Assembly: GCA_023131895.1 (NCBI GenBank)
Contig: JAGLYZ010000002.1
Coordinates: forward strand, 240,474 to 304,473
Reading direction: 5' to 3'
Source of the DNA: Candidatus Parcubacteria bacterium
GTDB taxonomy: Bacteria; Patescibacteriota; Minisyncoccia; Minisyncoccales; JAGMDC01
DNA: 64,000 nucleotides
The translations under genes were made by a program, and so were the position numbers. Positions within the stretch are counted from its first letter, which is position 1. Every line of letters begins with the position of its first letter. Of the stretch, positions 18,027 to 26,235 are shown in pieces. The notes beneath the pieces were generated by a model. The model worked only from the letters and a program-made list of their open reading frames with translations, had not been told where the DNA came from and ran no database searches.

Positions 18027-18714
18027 ATCTTTTAATGGTTTTCAGAATCTTTTTATAATTTTTTTCTTTACAAATAATCCTTCCATTAACTATTACATTA
18101 GTAATATTTGGTTTTAAAAATTTTAAAATTTCTCCAGAGTGAGTAATCAAGAGAATTGAAATATCTTTTGCGAGCAGTTCTTTTTTAATTATCTCTGCTA
18201 CTTCTTTTATTTTCTTTAAATCCAAGCCAGAATCAATCTCATCAAAAATTACTAGCTTTGGTCTTAAAGATAAAATCTGTAATAATTCTGACATTTTTTT
18301 CTCTCCACCGGAAAAATTAACATTAATCTCTCTATCTAATAAGTAGAGCGAGAACTGTTCTCGCTCTATCAGAGCGAGAACAGTTCTCGCTCTAGATCTC
18401 GCGTGGATCTTCTCTAATAATTGAGAAAGTTTTACTCCTTTTACAGCTGGCGGATTTTGCCAAGTTAAAGCAATCCCTAATTTAACTCGTTTTTCAGGAG
18501 AAAGTTTGGTAATATCTTCTTTATTAAAAAAAATCCTGCCTTCTATAATTTTAACATTCGGATTCCCTAAAATCACTTGAGCAAGAGTGGATTTCCCGCT
18601 GGCATTTGGACCAAGAAGAGCTTGTATCTCCCCTTTTTTTATTGTTAAATCAATCCCTTCTAATATCTCCTTACCATCGCCTGAAACTTTTAAATTTTTA
18701 ATTTCTAAAAGCAT
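17980..18714 (-). CDS. sufC: Fe-S cluster assembly ATPase SufC
   Basis: 244 aa ABC ATPase with Walker A GPNASGKST, signature FSGGEKK and Walker B VIFDEIDSGLD. Confidence 0.9.
   Translation of the reverse strand: MLLEIKNLKVSGDGKEILEGIDLTIKKGEIQALLGPNASGKSTLAQVILGNPNVKIIEGRIFFNKEDITKLSPEKRVKLGIALTWQNPPAVKGVKLSQLLEKIHARSRARTVLALIEREQFSLYLLDREINVNFSGGEKKMSELLQILSLRPKLVIFDEIDSGLDLKKIKEVAEIIKKELLAKDISILLITHSGEILKFLKPNITNVIVNGRIICKEKNYKKILKTIKRYGYEKCKKCELLSDK
18345..18410. repeat. Two tandem 23-bp GAGAAC-N-GTTCTC palindromes plus an AGATC..GATCT palindrome inside sufC
   Basis: agagcgagaac-t-gttctcgctct at 18345-18367, agagcgagaac-a-gttctcgctct at 18371-18393, then agatctcgcgtggatct. In frame, encoding SRARTVLALIEREQFSLY. 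Confidence 0.9.
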
Positions 18715-18825
18715 AAAAATTATTTTTCTAATTATATTCTTCTAAAATCTTTCTTGTTTTCGGCTATTTTAAAACCTCAGCCAAAGTCGTATCTTTAGTG
18801 ATTTTGTTTTTCATTTTTACAAGGA

Positions 18826-19587
18826 TCAACCAGATAGCCAGCCGCCGTCAATCACTACTGTAGAGCCAGTGATGTAAGAGGATTCATCTGAAGCTAAAAA
18901 CAAGACCAAATTAGAAACCTCTTCTGGTTTGCCTACTCGGTGCATTGGGACTCGAGCCAGCATTCCTTCCATTGTTTTAGGGTCCTGCTTGACTGATTCA
19001 ATCATTGGTGTTTCAATCATTCCCGGAGCAATGGCATTAACTCGAATATTATAAGGAGCTAACTCCACTGCTAATGCTTCGGTCATTCCAATAATTCCGC
19101 CTTTTGAAGCACAATAATGCACAATATTAGGGAATCCAATTCCCTGTTGACCCATAGCTACTGAGGAGATATTGATAATTCTTCCGAATTTCTGCTTTGC
19201 CATTTCTTTAACTGCTGCCTGGGCGCAGAGAAAATATCCTTTGAGATTAATATCCAATGTTCGAGCCCAATCCTCCTCTGTTAATTCCAGAAATAGTTTG
19301 AACTGGCAGATTCCAGCGTTATTAACTAAAATATCTATTTTACCAAATTTCTCCACTGTTTTTTTTACCATTTCATCTACTTCCTCTTTTTTAGAAACAT
19401 CACATTTTACAGCCATTGCCTCTCCCTTATTTTTCTTTATCTCTTCCACTACTTTCTCACAGTCCTCCTGAGAAATATCAGAAACAACTACTTTTGCTCC
19501 GGCTTTTGCTAAAATCAAAGCATGAGTTCTACCCATCCCTCTTCTAGCACCAGTAATAATAGCTACTTTGTTTTTTAATTCAAACAT
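18826..19587 (-). CDS. SDR-family oxidoreductase (FabG-like)
   Basis: 253 aa with TGARRGMG cofactor motif and the YCASKGG catalytic YxxxK. Confidence 0.85.
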   Translation of the reverse strand: MFELKNKVAIITGARRGMGRTHALILAKAGAKVVVSDISQEDCEKVVEEIKKNKGEAMAVKCDVSKKEEVDEMVKKTVEKFGKIDILVNNAGICQFKLFLELTEEDWARTLDINLKGYFLCAQAAVKEMAKQKFGRIINISSVAMGQQGIGFPNIVHYCASKGGIIGMTEALAVELAPYNIRVNAIAPGMIETPMIESVKQDPKTMEGMLARVPMHRVGKPEEVSNLVLFLASDESSYITGSTVVIDGGWLSG

Positions 19588-19624
19588 AGATTTTGAGTTT
19601 TTTAATTTTAAACCGACCTTTTTT

Positions 19625-19641
19625 CCGAGAACGGTTCTCGG
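19625..19641. repeat. Intergenic GAGAAC-N-GTTCTC palindrome
   Basis: ccgagaac-g-gttctcgg lying between the ccdA-like stop and the SDR start. Confidence 0.8.
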
Positions 19642-19645
19642 TATT

Positions 19646-20476
19646 TTACTCCATTAACATTAATAATTCTGGATTGACTAATAAAATTATTCCCAAGGCA
19701 ATCATTATTACTCCGCCAATAAGTTTTATTATTTGTGTTTGCTCTTTACTAATCTTTTTACCTTTAAAAAACCAGCCAAATAATAATATCACTGCGCTAA
19801 GAGGTATGATGTAAATAAAGTTGTAAAATAATAAATAGATATAATAGGAAATAGTTCCTTCAAAAACTTTTGCTGACAATACGCCTGTATAAATTATGGG
19901 CCAGCCAGCAGTGCAAGGCAGTTCCACTAAAGAAGAAAATAGAGCAAGGACAACAGAAGCTGTGATTAAGGCAGGAAGAGAGCCGTATTTTATAACCTCT
20001 TTCATTTTTTCTATCTTTTGCATTAAAAGAGGTTTATGCTTTTCTTGAATCATTAGAGTGACACCTTTTCTAAAGGCGAAAAATTCTTTGCAATTAATTG
20101 TTCCGGCAATTAAAGCTACAATAGCAATAATTATCCTTAAAGGATCAATAAATCCTATATAACGAAATACATTTAACCAGGCAGCCATAAACATAAGATA
20201 AACAAAAAAAATAACTGATACAAAAGTTAAACCAACAATAAATATCCTTTTTCTGCTTTCAGATACAGAAATCAGTAAAACAAGCAAAAAAGTTAAAACC
20301 CATAAAGTACAGGGATTAAAACCGTCAATAATAGCAATAATAAAAGTGAACCAAGGTAAAGACAAACTCAAACCGAGCTCTTTAAAGGTCTCTGGAGAGG
20401 CCTGTTTGGCTAAGAAAAAAAGGCCTATCAACCCTATAGCAATTAAAACAGCAATGATAATTTTATCTTTTTCCAT
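19646..20476 (-). CDS. DsbD/CcdA-family transmembrane thiol:disulfide electron transporter (putative)
   Basis: 276 aa polytopic protein with two membrane-embedded cysteines in NPCTLW and LPCTAGW contexts. Confidence 0.55.
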   Translation of the reverse strand: MEKDKIIIAVLIAIGLIGLFFLAKQASPETFKELGLSLSLPWFTFIIAIIDGFNPCTLWVLTFLLVLLISVSESRKRIFIVGLTFVSVIFFVYLMFMAAWLNVFRYIGFIDPLRIIIAIVALIAGTINCKEFFAFRKGVTLMIQEKHKPLLMQKIEKMKEVIKYGSLPALITASVVLALFSSLVELPCTAGWPIIYTGVLSAKVFEGTISYYIYLLFYNFIYIIPLSAVILLFGWFFKGKKISKEQTQIIKLIGGVIMIALGIILLVNPELLMLME

Positions 20477-20486
20477 AGCTTAATTT

Positions 20487-20942
20487 TTAATGACTTAAAT
20501 TTTCTATTGCCTCTTTATATTTTTCTTTAGAATAAGCGCCAATAAAAACATCACAACCTATTAAAACAGTAGGCGTCCATTTAGGCCAAATTTTAAATTC
20601 TTTAGCCCTATTTCGATCCTCTTCTTTAGACAAATCTAAATAAATAATTTCCTTCCCTAATTCCATCTCAAGTTCTTGTAATCTCGGAACAACGATTTTA
20701 CAAGCGCTGCAATGTTTTGATTCTAAAAGTATAATTTTATCAGAAAGTCCTCTTTCTAAACAAGCATCTAAAGCTATTCTCCCTTCCTTATCTAAAACAA
20801 AGAGTTCTAAATTAACTTTGTTTTGATCAGGAGCCGGGCTTGGGCTCGGGCTTGGATTTTGCTTTGCATAAACTAAATAGCCAGCAATAATGGCGATAAT
20901 TATAATCCCAAAACCAAATATTATAATGGTATTTTTTTTCAT
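20487..20942 (-). CDS. Membrane-anchored thioredoxin-fold protein (CxxC)
   Basis: 151 aa with an N-terminal TM segment, a PSPSPSPAP linker and a CSAC motif in a Trx/Grx-like fold. Confidence 0.6.
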   Translation of the reverse strand: MKKNTIIIFGFGIIIIAIIAGYLVYAKQNPSPSPSPAPDQNKVNLELFVLDKEGRIALDACLERGLSDKIILLESKHCSACKIVVPRLQELEMELGKEIIYLDLSKEEDRNRAKEFKIWPKWTPTVLIGCDVFIGAYSKEKYKEAIENLSH

Positions 20943-20945
20943 TTT

Positions 20946-21212
20946 TTACTTATCTTTATCCTCTAAAATTGCTTTTACTAAAACATCTTTTTCCACTATT
21001 TTGGAAAATCTGCGAATCTCATTACCTTCTTTGTCAAGAAAGATAAAACTGGGAATAGCCAAAAGATTGTATTTCTCTACAATTTCTGGATGCTCATTTC
21101 TTTCAATGTATTCTGTTTCTAACCAAGGATATTCTTTTTCAATTTCTTTCCAGCGAGGCACCATTGTCTCGCAATCATCACATCCTTTTTCACCAATTTT
21201 TAAAACTTTCAT
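20946..21212 (-). CDS. Small thioredoxin-fold protein (CDDC)
   Basis: 88 aa with a CxxC motif near the N-terminus and a cis-Pro-like IPSF segment. Confidence 0.6.
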   Translation of the reverse strand: MKVLKIGEKGCDDCETMVPRWKEIEKEYPWLETEYIERNEHPEIVEKYNLLAIPSFIFLDKEGNEIRRFSKIVEKDVLVKAILEDKDK

Positions 21213-21261
21213 ATTTGTATTTTAAATATAACTCTTTAAATTTTATTTACGACCTTTCTAA

Positions 21262-22194
21262 TTATTCTTTTAATTTTTGTAAATATCGCGAAACTGATAA
21301 GGCAGTTTTTGCGCCTTGGCCAGCAGCGATAATAATCTGTTTATATTTTTCATCAGTAATATCGCCAGCAGCAAAAAGTCCGGGAATTTTTGTTTCTCCT
21401 GTTCTAGAATCAATAATAATTTCGTCTCTTTTGTTGAAATCAATTAATCCTTTTACAAAGCCAGTAGCTGGAATACTTCCAATTTCAATGAAAACACCAT
21501 TTATTTTAAGAGTTTCTAATTTTTTACTTTTATTATTTTTATAAACTATTGTTTCCACAAAATTTTTCCCTTTGATTTCTTTTAATTCAGCATTAGTGAT
21601 AACTTCAATATTTTTAGCTCTCTTAGCTCTTTTTTGATTAGTTTCATCAGCTTTTATTTCTGGACCATATTCTAAAATACAAATCTTTTCCGCAATCCTG
21701 CTTAAAAAAATAGCTGCTTCAAAACCAGCATTGCCGCCGCCGATAACAACTACTGTTTTGTTTTTATATAATGGCCCGTCGCAAACCACGCAGTAACTAA
21801 CACCGCGGCCAATTAGTTCTTTTTCCCCTGGAACCTCCAAGGGCCTTGGATCAGCCCCAGAAGCGATAATAATTGAATATGATTTAAATTGTTTTTTGTT
21901 TTCAGTTAAAACAGAAAAAATCTCTCCTTGTTTTTTGATTTTTACTGCTTTATCTTGTATTATTGGTATCTTAAATTTCTTTAAATGGCTCTCAAATCTT
22001 TGGATTAGCTTCTGCCCGGAAATTTTCTTAAACCCGGAATAATTCTCAATTTCTATTGATTTTCTTTTAATCTGCCCGCCAAAATCTTTAGTGACTAAAA
22101 GAATATCAAGATTTTCTCTTGCTCCGTAAATCCCGGCTGTTATTCCAGCCGGCCCCCCGCCAATGATTATTAAATCGTATTGTTTTTGATTCAT
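21262..22194 (-). CDS. trxB: Thioredoxin-disulfide reductase
   Basis: 310 aa with FAD motif GGGPAG, redox-active CVVCDG and NADPH motif GGGNAG. Confidence 0.9.
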   Translation of the reverse strand: MNQKQYDLIIIGGGPAGITAGIYGARENLDILLVTKDFGGQIKRKSIEIENYSGFKKISGQKLIQRFESHLKKFKIPIIQDKAVKIKKQGEIFSVLTENKKQFKSYSIIIASGADPRPLEVPGEKELIGRGVSYCVVCDGPLYKNKTVVVIGGGNAGFEAAIFLSRIAEKICILEYGPEIKADETNQKRAKRAKNIEVITNAELKEIKGKNFVETIVYKNNKSKKLETLKINGVFIEIGSIPATGFVKGLIDFNKRDEIIIDSRTGETKIPGLFAAGDITDEKYKQIIIAAGQGAKTALSVSRYLQKLKE

Positions 22195-23390
22195 ATTGTA
22201 TCTTTTTTAATTATTTCTCCAGGCCTGGTAAATTTTCCAGGCCAAATTTTTCTGCCTGGATAAATTAAAGTTCCTACGCCAGTTTTAACATTATCACCAA
22301 AGACAGTGCCAAATTTTCTTCTTTTGGTGTCTATTAATTGTCCTTTGACAATTGTTTTCACATTATCATAATCATGCCTTAGATTAGCTGTAATTGTTCC
22401 AGCCCCAAAATTACAATCATCTCCAATAATAGAATCAGCGACATAACTCAAATGAGCAATATTGGTTCCTTTCCCAATAAGACAATTTTTTATTTCCACG
22501 GCCTGGCCAATATGACAACTATCTCCAACATCAGTATATTTTCTTAAATAACAATTTGGTCCGATTTGGCAATTCTTGCCAATATAGACCGGTCCTTCAA
22601 TATATGTTCCTTTTTTAATAATAGTTCCTTTTTCTACAACAATCCTCCCTTTTATCTGGCAACCCTTTTCTATTTTTCCTAAAACTTTCTTTTTCATCTT
22701 TTCCATTAGAAATTGGTTGGCATCAAGCAAGTTCCAAACATAAGGCAAAGGAATCCAATTTTCAGCCAAGGAAAAATATAGCCTTTCTTTTTTTATAAAT
22801 TCTTTAATAAAATCAGTAAATTCGTATTCACTGCGAGACGATTTTTTTATTTTAAAATGAAAAATGTTTTTATCCAAAAAATAAACGCCTGTATTAACTA
22901 AATTGCTTACATTTTTCTTTGGTTTTTCTTTTAATTCCTTAACTATGTTTCTTTTTATTAATACTTGGCCAAAAGCTGATGGTTCCTCTATTTTTTTTAA
23001 TAAAATACAAGGAAATTTTTTCAAGCATTTTTTAATATCTTCTCTGTAATATAAGTCATCACCATATAAAAGTAGAAATTTATTTTTTAATAGTAGAGCA
23101 ACTTTTTTAGCAGCATCTCCAGTTCCTAAGGCATTTTTTTGCCAGACATATTTTATTTTCAAACCTTTATATTCACTGCTAATAAGTTTTCTTATCATCT
23201 CTCCTTTATATCCAATAACTAAGATTACTTCTTTTACTAAACCGTTTAACTGGTCCAGATTATGTTCAAGAATAGTTCTGTTGCAAATCTTCAAAAGAGG
23301 TTTTGGCTTGGTTAAAGTAAGTGGCTCAATCCTTGTTCCCTTACCGGCAGCTAAAATAACTGCTTGAGAAATTGTATTTTTAGTAGTCAT
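22191..23390 (-). CDS. Bifunctional sugar-1-phosphate nucleotidyltransferase/acetyltransferase (archaeal-type GlmU-like)
   Basis: 399 aa with N-terminal LAAGKGTR nucleotidyltransferase fold and C-terminal hexapeptide (left-handed beta-helix) repeats. Confidence 0.75.
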   Translation of the reverse strand: MTTKNTISQAVILAAGKGTRIEPLTLTKPKPLLKICNRTILEHNLDQLNGLVKEVILVIGYKGEMIRKLISSEYKGLKIKYVWQKNALGTGDAAKKVALLLKNKFLLLYGDDLYYREDIKKCLKKFPCILLKKIEEPSAFGQVLIKRNIVKELKEKPKKNVSNLVNTGVYFLDKNIFHFKIKKSSRSEYEFTDFIKEFIKKERLYFSLAENWIPLPYVWNLLDANQFLMEKMKKKVLGKIEKGCQIKGRIVVEKGTIIKKGTYIEGPVYIGKNCQIGPNCYLRKYTDVGDSCHIGQAVEIKNCLIGKGTNIAHLSYVADSIIGDDCNFGAGTITANLRHDYDNVKTIVKGQLIDTKRRKFGTVFGDNVKTGVGTLIYPGRKIWPGKFTRPGEIIKKDTI

Positions 23391-24748
23391 TATTTAGGAA
23401 TTCTTTCTACGATTTTATAAACAAATTCTTCTAATTTTTTAAATTCGTTTTTTGTCTTTGCTTCATAAGCAATAGAAATTTTTGCTTCAGTATTAGACGC
23501 TCTAAATAAAACCCAGGAATCCTTAAAAATAATTTTAAGACCGTCTAAATAATCTAATTTATATTTTTGCCTGAAGTTAATCTTCAAATCCTCTATAAAC
23601 TTAAACTTATCTTTTTTTCTTATCTCAACCCTCATAGAATTAAAATAATAGTTTTGAACATCTTTATAGGCCTCTGATAATTTTATTTTCTTCTTTTCTA
23701 AATATTCTAAAATTTTCAAGGTTGCAAAAGCGGCATCATCTGCACCAAAAATTTCTCTAAAGAAATAGTGTCCGGAAATTTCTCCTCCTATTACTGCTTG
23801 GGAGTCTAAAAGTTTTTTCTGAATAAAAACATGTCCTACCCTACAACCTATAGGCAGCCCTTTATAATATTTAATTATCTCATCAATTACGCTTGAACTC
23901 AAAGAATCATGAACAACTTTTTCTTTTTTATCTTCTAAATAACTTTTTATTAAGATACTGAATAATTGCGCAAAATTAAGGATTTTTCCATTCTCATCTA
24001 CGGCGACAATCCTGTCAGCGTCTGCGTCATAGCCAAATCCACAATCGGCTTTTTGGGCAATTACTGTCTTTTGTAGTTCTTTTAAGTTCTCTTTTTTGGG
24101 CTCTGGTTCTCTATTTGGAAAATTTCCATCTAATTCACAAAATAAGGGCTCGTATTTTATATTAAATCTATCTAACAACTCAAATAAAACAGTAGAAATA
24201 ACACCATTACCGCAATCAATAACAACTTTTTTATTTGCTTCTTTTAAAGTGATTTTCTTAGATATAAAATTAATATAATCCTCTAAAACAAATTTTTCTT
24301 TGATAATACCTTTGCCCTTTTTGAATTTTTCAGAAAGAATTAATTCTTTAATTTCCTCTAATCCATTTTCTACTCCAACTCCTACACCTTCTTTATTATA
24401 AAGTAAAAAACCTTGATACTCTTTCGGATTATGGCTTGCAGTGATAGAAATTCCCCCATTAAAACCATAATAGCTGATAACAAAAATTATTAATGGAGTA
24501 GGAACAATCCCAATATCAATCACTTCAGCGCCGCTTTCAGTCAATCCTTTGACTAATTCCTTTTTCAGAGATTCTCCTCCAATTCTGCAATCTCTGCCAA
24601 CCACAATTTTTCCTTGGTTAAAAGTTGCAAATGATTTACCAAGCCTATAAGCAAATTCTTCATTTATTTGAGAAGGATAAATTCCTCTAATATCATAAGC
24701 CCTAAAAATATATGGATCAATCTTTGTCATATTTTTTGGCAAATTCAA
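23390..24748 (-). CDS. Phosphomannomutase/phosphoglucomutase/phosphoglucosamine mutase family
   Basis: 452 aa with active-site TASHNP and Mg site GYDADADR. Confidence 0.88.
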   Translation of the reverse strand: MNLPKNMTKIDPYIFRAYDIRGIYPSQINEEFAYRLGKSFATFNQGKIVVGRDCRIGGESLKKELVKGLTESGAEVIDIGIVPTPLIIFVISYYGFNGGISITASHNPKEYQGFLLYNKEGVGVGVENGLEEIKELILSEKFKKGKGIIKEKFVLEDYINFISKKITLKEANKKVVIDCGNGVISTVLFELLDRFNIKYEPLFCELDGNFPNREPEPKKENLKELQKTVIAQKADCGFGYDADADRIVAVDENGKILNFAQLFSILIKSYLEDKKEKVVHDSLSSSVIDEIIKYYKGLPIGCRVGHVFIQKKLLDSQAVIGGEISGHYFFREIFGADDAAFATLKILEYLEKKKIKLSEAYKDVQNYYFNSMRVEIRKKDKFKFIEDLKINFRQKYKLDYLDGLKIIFKDSWVLFRASNTEAKISIAYEAKTKNEFKKLEEFVYKIVERIPK

Positions 24749-25301
24749 AAGTTTTTTTATTTAATTCAAAGTATTTTTCTGACACCACCTTCTCCATTGC
24801 TTTTAAAATAGAATTTGGCTTTAAAGGAATAATTTTCTTGTGAGAAGCATAACTTAATAAAAAAACGCCTGCCACTACATTTTTACCAAGCTCTTTTTCA
24901 CAAATATCAGCTGCTGGAATTAAAATTATATTATTGCTTATTTTTCTAAGCGATTTTAAAATTTCCTGCTCTTTTAATAATTTCTCTCCTAAAATTGGAA
25001 TAAAAAACCTATTTATCAAAAAAATTGTATTTTTATTTGCAAAATAAACGCCTTTCAAACTCTCCTGTATTTCTAATGCCAAAATTAAATCTGCCCCTCC
25101 CTGTATGACTAAAGGCGAAGATATTTCTTTGCCAAACCTAATATGCACCTCTACTGAACCTCCTCTTTGAGACAAACCATGAAGCTCTGATGTTTTTACA
25201 TCATAGCCCTCAATTAAGGCTGCTTCAGCCAAAACTTGAAGCAGGGTAATCAATCCCTGCCCACCTGTCCCAACAATAACTATGTTAAATTCTTTTTTCA
25301 T
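24717..25301 (-). CDS. iorB: Indolepyruvate/2-oxoacid:ferredoxin oxidoreductase beta (gamma-type) subunit
   Basis: 194 aa with the family pattern GTGGQGL...HGLSQRGGSV. Confidence 0.8.
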   Translation of the reverse strand: MKKEFNIVIVGTGGQGLITLLQVLAEAALIEGYDVKTSELHGLSQRGGSVEVHIRFGKEISSPLVIQGGADLILALEIQESLKGVYFANKNTIFLINRFFIPILGEKLLKEQEILKSLRKISNNIILIPAADICEKELGKNVVAGVFLLSYASHKKIIPLKPNSILKAMEKVVSEKYFELNKKTFEFAKKYDKD

Positions 25302-25344
25302 ATTTTGTTATTTTAGCACAAAAAGTATTGATTCGCAATTCCTG

Positions 25345-25380
25345 AAAATAAAAAAAACGGTTCTGGAAAACCAAAACCGG
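25345..25380 (-). terminator. Rho-independent terminator after the PRTase-like fragment
   Basis: On the minus strand, ccggttttgg-tttt-ccagaaccg (9-bp stem, 1 mismatch) is followed by a run of T. Confidence 0.5.
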
Positions 25381-25413
25381 ATTATTTTTTGTTTTCTTTA
25401 TCTCCTTATTCCG

Positions 25414-25644
25414 CTATGCCACAAATCTGGCAAATCGTTTCCAATTCGGTTTTGGCGGTAAAGCTTCGGATCCTTTCTTGCACAGTGGACATTCTTCTGC
25501 TGGCCAATTATGGGCTTCTGTTTCCAGCAACGCAAGAACTTTATGGTCACGATAGTTCTTCGGCACTTTTTCAGGACGATGAACAATTGTGATTACAACT
25601 ATCTTCCCATAAAGGATGCCTGCTTTCCTCTCTGCATTGCTCCA
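25414..25644 (-). pseudogene. Type I phosphoribosyltransferase (PyrE-like) C-terminal fragment
   Basis: A 76-codon open frame with no start codon. It reads ...KAGILYGKIVVITIVHRPEK...NWPAEECPLCKKGSEALPPKP, resembling PRTase C-termini. It overlaps the end of the pyrD-like ORF in another frame. Confidence 0.4.
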
Positions 25645-26146
25645 TCAATTTTCTAAAAAGAAGAACATCTTTTTCCCAGTCAATTTTAACACTAGGGCAA
25701 GAAACGTTTAGTTCAATGGCTATTATTGCTAAATCATTCAACCGCCTGATCATTTCCAGATATTCTTTTATGGAAAACCCTCCGATAGAGACAATTTTGG
25801 GAACTTTCTCTGTTTTTGGATAAATCTCACTGATATATCTTTTGATTCCAATATTCCACCAGCCAAAAGCATTAATCCATCCGTTGGGAATTTTTCGCAA
25901 AACTGTTGGCCGTTCATTCAGTATCTGAATACCCCAAAGTGTCTGTTTTAAAATCCCATTAGGTTTTATTGGACTAACTCCAAAATTTCCCTGCCGCTGT
26001 TCCAATGTTAGAGTCCTGGTTACTACTGCGCCAAATATAGTCGGGTCAATAAACGGTTTTGCCCAAAGGTATTTATTGCCATAAGCCAAAGCGCCGGAAG
26101 AAACAAAAAACCTATTTTCTACTTCTATCCCATTCAGATTTGTCAT
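25571..26146 (-). pseudogene. Dihydroorotate dehydrogenase-like gene, truncated (N-terminal ~185 aa only)
   Basis: DHODH class-1 blocks GAVVTRTLTLEQRQGN, INAFGWWNIG and ELNVSCP are present, but the C-terminal third of the barrel is missing. About 47% GC in a 100-nt sample, with an SD-like AGAGGTGA upstream. Confidence 0.5.
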
Positions 26147-26235
26147 TTTATCACCTCTTTTTGTTTTTCAGCCCACACTTAATTTAAAAAGGGCTGTTTT
26201 AGCCCTATCAAATTTTTGATGAATTGTTAAACAAT

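Noticed and set aside
18345-18410. CRISPR-like array because of repeated palindromes
   Set aside because: There are only two adjacent repeats separated by 3 nt, they lie inside an intact sufC reading frame, and there are no spacers and no cas genes.
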